The notes under the pieces: generated by a model | What the model saw: the letters and a program-made list of their open reading frames with translations, nothing else | What the model was told of the DNA's origin: nothing | Databases searched by the model: none | Part shown: positions 56,220 to 64,000 of the stretch, piece by piece | Layout of the letters: the number at the start of each line of letters is the position of its first letter | Numbering within the stretch: position 1 is the stretch's first letter | Assembly: GCA_963737065.1 (NCBI GenBank) | Contig: CAVTRC010000001.1 | Coordinates: 768,001 to 832,000, forward strand | Direction: 5' to 3' | DNA: 64,000 nucleotides | Source of the DNA: Candidatus Eremiobacteria bacterium | GTDB lineage: Bacteria > Vulcanimicrobiota > Vulcanimicrobiia > Vulcanimicrobiales > Vulcanimicrobiaceae | Program-made: the position numbers and the translations under genes

Positions 56220-57434
56220 TTGAAGCGAATATTCGATCCGATTCATCACTTCATCGAGCTTGATCCCGCCGAGGCGCGATTGCTCGACCTGCCCGCGATG
56301 CAGCGTCTGCGGCGCTTGCGACAACTGGGGCTCGCATATTTTGCTTTTCCCTCAGCAGAGCATTCGCGCTTCACGCACGCGCTCGGCGCCCTGGCGATGG
56401 GAACGCGTGCGTTCGATGAACTCGCTCGGCATGGCGCGCAATTCTTTACAAATGATAGGGAGCGAGCGTATCAGCGACGGCTTGTGCGCGGCGCGCTGCT
56501 GCTTCATGACATCGGCCATGGGCCGTTCAGCCACGCGTGCGAGTCGGTCCTCGGTATCGTGCACGAGTCGCGCACGCGCGAATTGTTGGAACTGCCGGAG
56601 ACGAGACGGCGCATCGAGGCGCTCGAAGTGGACCCGGCGGATGTGCTCGCGCTGATCGTCGGCGATCGCAGTTCCCGTTATCCCGCGCTCTGCGAACTGG
56701 TGAGCGGCCCGAATCTCGACGCCGACCGCATGGATTACTTGCAGCGCGACGCCTATTTCACGGGCGTCGCAAGCGGACGGTACGACGCCGACCAGCTGGT
56801 ATCGTCGCTGCGACTATTTGATCGCGGCGGACAGTTAGTGGTGGGTATCGATCATCGCGGCGTCGTCGCCCTCGAATCGTTCGTCGTCGCGCGGTACATG
56901 ATGTTCGCGTCCGTCTATTTTCACCACACGACGCGAATGTTCGAACGGATTCTGCAAGACGTGCTGCGCGAGCTGTGGCCGAATCCCCGCGCGCTCGATC
57001 CGATCGACGAGTTCTTGCGATGGGATGATTTCCGTGTTTTGAACGAATTGCCGGATCGCGCGAGCGAACCGGCGCGAGCGCTAAGGGAGCGGATTCGCCT
57101 CTACGCGCTGGCGGCGGAATTCAATTCCGAGGCGGATCTTCGCGCGTACGAACAATGCGAAGCGGCATTGCGTGCGCGCTATGGCGATGCGGCAGTCTGG
57201 GCCGATGAGCAGTCGCAGGTGCTGCATCGCTTGCCGCTCGGCGCCGACGAGCGTCGCCGAACAGTTTGGGTTGAAACGGGCGCCGGACTCATCGACGCGC
57301 GCGATGCATCCGACTTGATCGCGAAGCTGAGCGGAAAAGCGTACTGGCGAAAACTGTTCGTCCGTCGCGACAGTGCCGACGTGCGCGAAGCACGCCGGCT
57401 GTGCGCAAAGATTATGGGCAACCTCACCGTCTGA
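56220..57434 (+). CDS. HD-domain phosphohydrolase, SAMHD1/YwfO-like (putative dNTPase)
   Basis: QRLRRLRQLG, HSRFTH, LHDIGHGPFSH, DADRMDYL.RD and VYFH. Confidence 0.88.
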   Translation: MKRIFDPIHHFIELDPAEARLLDLPAMQRLRRLRQLGLAYFAFPSAEHSRFTHALGALAMGTRAFDELARHGAQFFTNDRERAYQRRLVRGALLLHDIGHGPFSHACESVLGIVHESRTRELLELPETRRRIEALEVDPADVLALIVGDRSSRYPALCELVSGPNLDADRMDYLQRDAYFTGVASGRYDADQLVSSLRLFDRGGQLVVGIDHRGVVALESFVVARYMMFASVYFHHTTRMFERILQDVLRELWPNPRALDPIDEFLRWDDFRVLNELPDRASEPARALRERIRLYALAAEFNSEADLRAYEQCEAALRARYGDAAVWADEQSQVLHRLPLGADERRRTVWVETGAGLIDARDASDLIAKLSGKAYWRKLFVRRDSADVREARRLCAKIMGNLTV

Positions 57435-57436
57435 AG

Positions 57437-57946
57437 TTAGTAGCCGTGTGACGTCGCATACCGCTCGGCATCGGCGAGCTGGCTTCGAGCGGCTTGCATG
57501 GCGTTGATCGCGGCGATGCGATGGCCATCGTAGTCGTGCTGGTCGCGTTGGAGTTGGTCGATCATCTTTTCGACCCAGTTGCTTACGTACCACACATCGC
57601 GATTGCTGCCACCCTGTCCGCGCACTCCCCAATTCGCGTCACTTCCGCCGGCGGGGCCATATGCTCGCATGCAGGCGCGACTCTCGTCGTCGTTGTTCGC
57701 GGCCCACTGCTCGGCCGCAACGAGTTGTGCGCGCGCATTCTGTAGATCGCCGATCGCTTCCACTCGATGGCCGCCGTAATCGCGTTGATCGTGTTGTAAT
57801 TGATCGATCGCCCCATCCAGCCGACGGTGCACGTGGGCGAGACTCCCGTTGCTCGCGCAATCCGTTCGCGCATCGGCGGGAAGCCCGATGACGAGACCGG
57901 CGAAGAGTGCGAGCAAACTGATGCTGAGACGAAGATATGGTTTCAT
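57437..57946 (-). CDS. Secreted protein with two DY(G/D)GHR helical repeats
   Basis: Signal peptide; IDQLQHDQRDYGGHRVEAI..LQNAR / IDQLQRDQHDYDGHRIAAI..MQAAR; AAGGAGG SD. Confidence 0.75.
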   Translation of the reverse strand: MKPYLRLSISLLALFAGLVIGLPADARTDCASNGSLAHVHRRLDGAIDQLQHDQRDYGGHRVEAIGDLQNARAQLVAAEQWAANNDDESRACMRAYGPAGGSDANWGVRGQGGSNRDVWYVSNWVEKMIDQLQRDQHDYDGHRIAAINAMQAARSQLADAERYATSHGY

Positions 57947-58100
57947 TATTGCGTTGCCTCCTTGTCACATCGTGTGCAATCAACAACGCACGGCATTGAA
58001 CGCGCCGTTCCATAACCTTGCCGCACGGCCGAAAGTCTCATCGGCCTCTAACGGTTTTAAACCGACGATTGCGCGCGGTGGCGACGCAGGACGTGTTGCG

Positions 58101-60791
58101 TTATGTCAGTGTGCCAAGCGTCGCTTGTGCGGCGGCGAGGCGCGCGATCGGGACCCTATATGGCGAACACGAAACGTAATCGAGCTGAATCTGATCGCAA
58201 AACGCGACGCTGGTCGGCTCGCCGCCGTGCTCGCCGCAAATACCGATCTTCATTCCGGCGCGGACCGCGCGTCCTTTTTCTACCGCCTCGCGCATGAGTG
58301 AACCGACGCCACGCCGGTCGAGTACCTGGAACGGATCGTCCTTGAGGATTTTCTTGTCAAGATACACCGGAATAAACGTCGCTTCCGCATCGTCGCGGCT
58401 GTAACCGTACGTCGTTTGCGTCAAGTCGTTCGTCCCGAACGAGAAGAATTCGGCGATCGAGGCGAGTTCGTCGGCAACGATGCACGCACGTGGCAGTTCT
58501 ACCATCGTTCCGATGCGATACTCCAGCGTGATGTCGTTTGCGGCCAGAACGTCATCGGCGACCGCTTTCGCGGCATCGTACGTCGCGCGCATTTCTTCCT
58601 TCGTGCCGACACCGGGAATCATCACTTCCGGCCGCGCGTCGACGCCGAGCTTCTTCAAGGCGCACGCAGCTTCGAAGATCGCGCGAACCTGCATCGCGTA
58701 GATTTCCGGATAGACGATGCCGAGGCGACAGACGCGCAATCCGAGCATCGGGTTCTGTTCGTGCAGCTGTTGCACGCGCTTGAGCATCGCGTCCTTCGCC
58801 TTGTAATCGGGCGAGCCGGCGCCTTCGCGAATCCGCAATTCCGTCGTTTGCACTAATAACTGTTCCAGCGACGGCAAGAATTCGTGCAGCGGCGGATCCA
58901 GCAACCGGATGGTCACGGGATAGCCGGCCATCGTCTCCAGAATGCCGATGAAGTCCGCGCGTTGAAACGGTAAGAGTTTCTCGAGCGCTTGCGCGCGTGC
59001 TTCAGGCGTGTTTGCGAGAATCATCTGCTGCACGATCGGCAAGCGGTCTTGCTGCATGAACATGTGCTCGGTGCGGCAGAGCCCGATGCCTTGCGCACCG
59101 AGTTCTCGTGCTTTGCGCGCGTCCTCGGGCGTATCGGCATTCGCCCACACTTCCATGCGCCGCGTCTCATCCGCCCACGAGAGGAACGTCGAGAGCCAGA
59201 GGGGCAGGGTCGTCGGCGCGTCGATCAACTGCAACTCTCCAACGATCACCCGTCCGGTCGTGCCGTCGATCGTAAGCCAATCGCCTTCTTTGAGCGTGAA
59301 GCCGTCGATCTTCGCGGTTTTGTTCCGGCGGTCAATTTCGACTGCTTCACACCCCGCGACGCACGGCTTTCCCATGCCGCGTGCCACGACGGCGGCGTGC
59401 GAAGTCGCGCCACCCTTCGCCGTTAACACGCCTTGCGCCGCAATCATGCCGTGCACGTCGTCCGGCGTCGTTTCCACGCGCACGAGGATCGTATGGAGAC
59501 CGCGCTCTTTCCAAGCGACGGCGTCGTCCGCGGTGAACACGATCTGCCCCGTTGCCGCACCCGGCGATGCGTTGAGCCCTTTGCAAGCAACGTCGAAGTG
59601 CTGGTTTGGATCGATACGCGCGTGAAAGAGTTGATCGAGCGCCTTCGCATCGACGCGCCCAACGGCCGTCTTTGTATCGATCAACCCCTCGTTCACCATG
59701 TCGAGTGCGATCCGCACCGCTGCTTCAGCGGTACGTTTACCGGTGCGGTTCTGCAGCATGTAAAGCTTCCCGCGCTCGACGGTAAACTCGAGGTCCTGCA
59801 TCTCTTTGTAATGCGCTTCAAGACGTTGCGCGATCTCTTGGAACTGCGCGTAGATCGCCGGTTGCGTGCGTTCCAAATCCGCGATCTTTTCCGGCGTGCG
59901 GATGCCGGCGACGACATCCTCTCCCTGCGCGTTCGTCAGGTATTCACCGAAGAGCAGCTTTTCGCCGGTGTTCGGATCGCGTGTAAACGCGACGCCCGTG
60001 CCCGAGTCGTCGCCCATGTTTCCGAACACCATTTGCACGATGCTGACCGCGGTGCCCCAGTCGTCCGGAATCTTATTGAAGCGCCGATAGTCGATGGCAC
60101 GCTTTGAATTCCACGAATCGAAGACGGCCTCAATCGCAAGATGCAGCTGCTCTTCGACGTTTTGCGGGAACTCACGACCCGAACGTTCGCGAACGACGTC
60201 TTTGAATTGTGCCACAAGCGCTTTCCACGATTGCGCGTCGATATCGGGATCGTTCGCAACACCGAGCTCATGTTTGCGAGCGTCGATCAATTCGTCGAAT
60301 GCGTCTTTCTCGATCGCGAGCACGACGGTCGCGAACATCATGATGAAGCGCCGGTAGGCATCATACGCGAACCGTTCGTTACCTGTACGGGCCGTAAGCC
60401 CGGCGACGGTCGCGTCGTTGAGCCCGAGATTGAGAATCGTATCCATCATTCCGGGCATCGAGACGCGCGCGCCACTTCGCACCGAGACGAGCAGCGGATC
60501 GGCCGGGTCGCCGAACTTTTTTCCCGTCCGTTGTTCGAGCTCACGCATCGCGCGCTGAACCTGCTCGTCGAGACCCGCCGGAAAGTGCTTGTTTTTGCGA
60601 TAGAACGCGAGGCACGCGTCGGTGGTGATCGTGAAGCCTTGCGGGACCGGCAGTTTAGCTCGAGTCATCTCCGCTAAGCCGGCCCCTTTACCGCCGAGGA
60701 GGTTTTTCATCGAGCCGTCGCCCTCGTCGAAAAAGTACACGTATTTCGGCGTCACGGACAATGCCTCAACCGGTCGCTCTGCAAGCTCCAT
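58101..60791 (-). CDS. ppdK: Pyruvate, phosphate dikinase
   Basis: LGGKGAGL, SVRSGA..SMPGMMDT, GG.TSHAAVVARG, GLCRTEHMF, SFGTNDLTQ and GICGEHGG; GGAGGG SD before ATG 60791. Confidence 0.96.
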   Translation of the reverse strand: MELAERPVEALSVTPKYVYFFDEGDGSMKNLLGGKGAGLAEMTRAKLPVPQGFTITTDACLAFYRKNKHFPAGLDEQVQRAMRELEQRTGKKFGDPADPLLVSVRSGARVSMPGMMDTILNLGLNDATVAGLTARTGNERFAYDAYRRFIMMFATVVLAIEKDAFDELIDARKHELGVANDPDIDAQSWKALVAQFKDVVRERSGREFPQNVEEQLHLAIEAVFDSWNSKRAIDYRRFNKIPDDWGTAVSIVQMVFGNMGDDSGTGVAFTRDPNTGEKLLFGEYLTNAQGEDVVAGIRTPEKIADLERTQPAIYAQFQEIAQRLEAHYKEMQDLEFTVERGKLYMLQNRTGKRTAEAAVRIALDMVNEGLIDTKTAVGRVDAKALDQLFHARIDPNQHFDVACKGLNASPGAATGQIVFTADDAVAWKERGLHTILVRVETTPDDVHGMIAAQGVLTAKGGATSHAAVVARGMGKPCVAGCEAVEIDRRNKTAKIDGFTLKEGDWLTIDGTTGRVIVGELQLIDAPTTLPLWLSTFLSWADETRRMEVWANADTPEDARKARELGAQGIGLCRTEHMFMQQDRLPIVQQMILANTPEARAQALEKLLPFQRADFIGILETMAGYPVTIRLLDPPLHEFLPSLEQLLVQTTELRIREGAGSPDYKAKDAMLKRVQQLHEQNPMLGLRVCRLGIVYPEIYAMQVRAIFEAACALKKLGVDARPEVMIPGVGTKEEMRATYDAAKAVADDVLAANDITLEYRIGTMVELPRACIVADELASIAEFFSFGTNDLTQTTYGYSRDDAEATFIPVYLDKKILKDDPFQVLDRRGVGSLMREAVEKGRAVRAGMKIGICGEHGGEPTSVAFCDQIQLDYVSCSPYRVPIARLAAAQATLGTLT

Positions 60792-60861
60792 ACATGCCCT
60801 CCGGGTGATCGTGCAACAACTATCCCCAACGGCGACCGATTCCTCACCTGGCTGCTCGACG

Positions 60862-62208
60862 CTAAAAACTGAGCCGGTCGGTGATAAATTTTTCGAGCCC
60901 ATCGACGGCAACGCGTTCCTGACGCATTGAGTCTCGGTCACGGACGGTCACGGTCCGGTCCCCAAGCGTATCGTAGTCGACGGTTATGCAGAACGGTGTA
61001 CCGATCTCATCCTGGCGACGATACAATTGCCCGATGTTTCCTTCGTCGTATTGCGTCCGATATAGCGGTCGTAAGCCTGCTTCTATCGAGCGCGCGCGTT
61101 CAACGAGTTCCGGTTTATTGCGCGCGAGCGAGAAGACCGCAATCTGCACGGGCGCGATGAACGGGTGAAAGCGCAGAACGATGCGTTCCGTTTCCTTGCC
61201 GTTCGGATCGACGCTCTTCTCGCGTTCGAACGCATCGATCAACATGGTGAGCGTCGTGCGATCCATGCCCGCCGAGCTCTCGATCAGAATCGGCGTATAG
61301 TGCGTCTTCGTCGCCTCATCGAAGAACCGCAAATCCTTGCCGGAGAGCTTCATATGCGCATCAAGGTCGTACGTGCCGCGGTGCGCGATCGATTCGAGCT
61401 CGCCCCATCCCCATGGGAAAAGATACTCGACGTCGATACCGGCCTTCGCATAGTGCGGGCGCTCTTCCGGCGTCAGCTCGTAGAAACGCAAGCGATCGGG
61501 CTTGACGCCGTACTTCGAGTACCACGCCTTACGCATGTCGACCCAGTCCTGGAACCACTTCAAGTCATTTCCATCGTCCGGAACGAAATATTCGAGTTCG
61601 GCTTGCTCGAATTCGCGGACGCGAAACGTAAAATTGCCCGGCGTGATTTCGTTACGGAACGACTTCCCGATCTGCGCGACGCCGAACGGCGGCTTCTTGC
61701 GCGCCGTTTGATACACGTTTTTGAAGTTGACGAAGATGCCTTGGGCGGTTTCCGGCCGCAGGAATGCGATCGACGCAGTGTCTTCCATCGGGCCGATCTG
61801 CGTCTTCATCATGAGGTTGAAATTGCGCGGTTCGGTGAAGCTGTCTTTGCTGCCGCAGTCCGGGCATTGGTTCGGATTTTTCAAATGGTCGAGGCGGAAG
61901 CGGTGCTTGCAGACCTTGCAGTCGACGAGCTTGTCATGGAACTGCGCAAGATGACCCGATGCTTCCCACGTCAGCGGATGCATGACGATCGAGGAATCGA
62001 AGGCAACGACGTCGTCGCGCAGTTCGACCGTATCGCGCCACCACGCATTCTTCACGTTGCGTTTCAAAATTGCGCCCAGCGGACCGTAGTCCCAGAAGCC
62101 GTTGAGACCACCGTAGATTTCACTGGATTGAAAAATGAAGCCGCGACGCTTCGCAAGCGCCGTGATTTCATCCATCGTCGCGTTCATCTGGGGAGGAGCC
62201 GTATCCAT
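60862..62208 (-). CDS. glyQS: Glycine--tRNA ligase, alpha2 (eukaryote/archaea-type)
   Basis: IYGG, DYGPLG, LRPETAQGIF, QIGKSFRNEITP, REFEQ.E and IG..YRRQDEIGTP; exact start uncertain. Confidence 0.95.
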   Translation of the reverse strand: MDTAPPQMNATMDEITALAKRRGFIFQSSEIYGGLNGFWDYGPLGAILKRNVKNAWWRDTVELRDDVVAFDSSIVMHPLTWEASGHLAQFHDKLVDCKVCKHRFRLDHLKNPNQCPDCGSKDSFTEPRNFNLMMKTQIGPMEDTASIAFLRPETAQGIFVNFKNVYQTARKKPPFGVAQIGKSFRNEITPGNFTFRVREFEQAELEYFVPDDGNDLKWFQDWVDMRKAWYSKYGVKPDRLRFYELTPEERPHYAKAGIDVEYLFPWGWGELESIAHRGTYDLDAHMKLSGKDLRFFDEATKTHYTPILIESSAGMDRTTLTMLIDAFEREKSVDPNGKETERIVLRFHPFIAPVQIAVFSLARNKPELVERARSIEAGLRPLYRTQYDEGNIGQLYRRQDEIGTPFCITVDYDTLGDRTVTVRDRDSMRQERVAVDGLEKFITDRLSF

Positions 62209-62339
62209 AAGCGGTGATTGATTTATCAAGCACCCTTAAAACCCTAGAAGCCAACAACCCTCGGCCCGGACCCAGCATCGCGCACGGGACGTCCCGGGCG
62301 CCTGAGTGCTTGCCGGCGCTTGCGCCGAATTCGTGCCGT

Positions 62340-62702
62340 CTACGGAATCGCTTCTGAAAACGTCAGGTGGTTCCCGAATGGATCGATTACCGTAAGCTCT
62401 CGTTGGCCCCACTCTTGATCCTGAAGTCCCGGATTCATATAGCGATAGTTTTTCGCTTTCAGCTCTTGGCACAGGTCATCGACGTGATCTACATCGATCC
62501 TGATATGTGCGCCGGGACTGCCGTCGCCATGATGTTCGCTCAAGAATAGCGGCACGCCGTCACGCGAGATTCCCATAAACAGTGGCGCATTGTCGTGGAA
62601 CCTATGTTCGAAGTCAACGATAAAACCAAGGTACTCCACATAAAATTGGCGCGCCTTCGTTACGTCGAACATACGCAAAATAGGAATCGTTCGTTTCAGC
62701 AT
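62340..62702 (-). CDS. VOC/glyoxalase-bleomycin resistance family protein
   Basis: PILR.FD..KA..FY...LGF..DFEH, LSEHHGD.SPG, WG.RE and DPFGN. Confidence 0.85.
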   Translation of the reverse strand: MLKRTIPILRMFDVTKARQFYVEYLGFIVDFEHRFHDNAPLFMGISRDGVPLFLSEHHGDGSPGAHIRIDVDHVDDLCQELKAKNYRYMNPGLQDQEWGQRELTVIDPFGNHLTFSEAIP

Positions 62703-62706
62703 TACC

Positions 62707-62969
62707 TTAGCGGTTTTGCTTCAGCGGTGAAAGATGCCTCGGCTCGTACAACCCAATGCCCTCGCAGCGCCAAGGTCGATTGAGGTAAGTCGGCCCCAAC
62801 GTTGCTCGGTTACGGGCGCGCATTGTATGCCTCGCTCCGTTGGGGGAGCAGCGAAAATCGGCCAACCGCCGCCGGCATCGACCGAACGCAGCTCAAAGAC
62901 ATCTGCCAAGAGGTTACGCACCTTTTCAGCATGGCGGCTATAGATTATTGCGTGAAGCCCTTTGATCAT
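62707..62969 (-). pseudogene. VOC family gene with an internal deletion and a frameshift
   Basis: MIKGLHAIIYS...VDAGGGWPIFAAPPTE joins directly to RGIQCAPVTEQRWG; the expected GLYEPRHLSP tail lies in another frame ending in TAA at 62707. Confidence 0.7.
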
Positions 62970-62973
62970 GAGC

Positions 62974-63195
62974 TTATCTTCGCGATCCGAAGTAGCTGAA
63001 CATCGCAAAAACGAGCGACAGTAGAATGCTCAACACGATCGATGTGCCGATCGGTATGTACACGCGCCAGCTTTGACCGCCGAACGAAATATCGCCGGGC
63101 AAACGGCCGAGACGTAACGAGGGCGCCGTTTCGATCACGACGCCGATGATCGTCAGAACGATGCCCGCAATGAGAAGCATCCGTCCCAGTGCCAT
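62974..63195 (-). CDS. DUF2905 family small membrane protein
   Basis: LGRMLLIAG, LGRLPGDI and Y.PIGTSIVLSILLS. Confidence 0.85.
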   Translation of the reverse strand: MALGRMLLIAGIVLTIIGVVIETAPSLRLGRLPGDISFGGQSWRVYIPIGTSIVLSILLSLVFAMFSYFGSRR

Positions 63196-63406
63196 GGATT
63201 GGTTCCGTACCTCTGCATCAAATTTTCGTAGGCTGCTCAATCGTACTGAAGGAATCGCCTGGCAGCAAGACACCAGAAGACAGAGGAAACAGCGGACGTC
63301 TCGGGTCGCGAACGCGCGAATCTACATCCTGCAATGCGAACGCGACTCGTTTGCGACGAATCCGAAAGAAGTGTGCATCCGCCCTAAGTTGGCCCCAAGT
63401 AACGAG

Positions 63407-63865
63407 TCACGAATCGAACGCCGCGTGCTCGCTCGGCTGCGTCCAGCGATCCAGCGGTGCGCGTAAGTACGTCGTCCATACATATCGCCACGGAATGACA
63501 AGCGCAACCAACAGCGCGCCACCAGTAATGATGGGAATGTTCGCGGCGACGTGCGGCGGAGAAGGGGCGTGCGCGAGCCAGAACGGCAGCGCAATCTGAG
63601 GGTACCGATATCGCCTTCCGCGCGAGTTCAAAGAGCAGAAGCGGCAGCATACGAAGCGGGAACATTTGTACGCTCCGATGGTACACTCCAGCGTCGCAAG
63701 TGCTCGCGAGCATACAGTTCGATTGCGCCTCTCGAACGAACTCCAACTTACTGCCGTGCTGAATAAGTCGGGCCATTGCATCGTCCCTTGCCCAATAAGA
63801 CAGCAAGACGTATACCAGCGCTTTCTGCAAGAGCTACACGGCGCGAGTCGCGCCTGGGCGTCATA
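63407..63865 (-). pseudogene. Multiply frameshifted membrane protein gene
   Basis: Fragments WPDLF / PLRMLPLLLFEL..KAI / IALPFWLA...LVIPWRYVW..YLRAP.DRW are spread over different frames. Confidence 0.6.
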
Positions 63866-64000
63866 TACTCATACTCTACATGTCACGAACCTGGGGAACT
63901 GGACTTGTATACGCGTCTTACGTGCTGAGTTTTCTCAAGCAGACAACGCGCACGGTAACTGCGACTCTTTCTTCCATCAACGATGGTCGTCGGCGAAACA

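Noticed and set aside
60792..60941. 50-aa N-terminal extension of PpdK in the ORF track
   Set aside because: It overlaps glyQS, and a strong GGAGGG SD supports ATG 60791.
62209..62339. T-box leader upstream of glyQS
   Set aside because: I found no GGTGGnACCGCG T-box sequence or terminator, and the region is too short.

Overview
A high-GC (~60-65%), densely coding bacterial chromosomal window. The gene set and the many secreted hypotheticals suggest Ca. Eremiobacterota (WPS-2/Vulcanimicrobiota); this is an inference, not a database result. Most of it is core genome: queD-queE-mqnB-mqnD-namZ, pepP, csaA, trxB, malic enzyme, tldD/tldE, dacB, pepN, an RND transporter, tRNA-Leu(GAG), oppB/C, proline dehydrogenase, dtd, rpoD, dnaG, ppdK and glyQS. 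I found no CRISPR array, transposase, integrase, phage gene or rRNA. The most notable items are: (1) a co-oriented run containing two apparent pseudoenzymes (a YncE/phosphoesterase and a DDAH-fold protein, both missing catalytic residues) with a metallophosphoesterase, an ABC-2 exporter and a MocR regulator; (2) a kamB-kamC-kce module with no kamDE in the window; (3) a YtpB-type class IB terpene synthase beside a lone FAD oxidase, with a PilZ protein and a ferritin-like diiron protein on the other strand; (4) a ~104-nt hairpin at the rpoD stop that shares an 11-mer with the rpoD 5' leader; (5) several genes that appear to start at CTG or ATC behind Shine-Dalgarno (SD) sites, and others that look leaderless; (6) three small decayed or low-GC islets and a frameshifted HEAT-cyclophilin gene. 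All family assignments come from motif recognition by eye.
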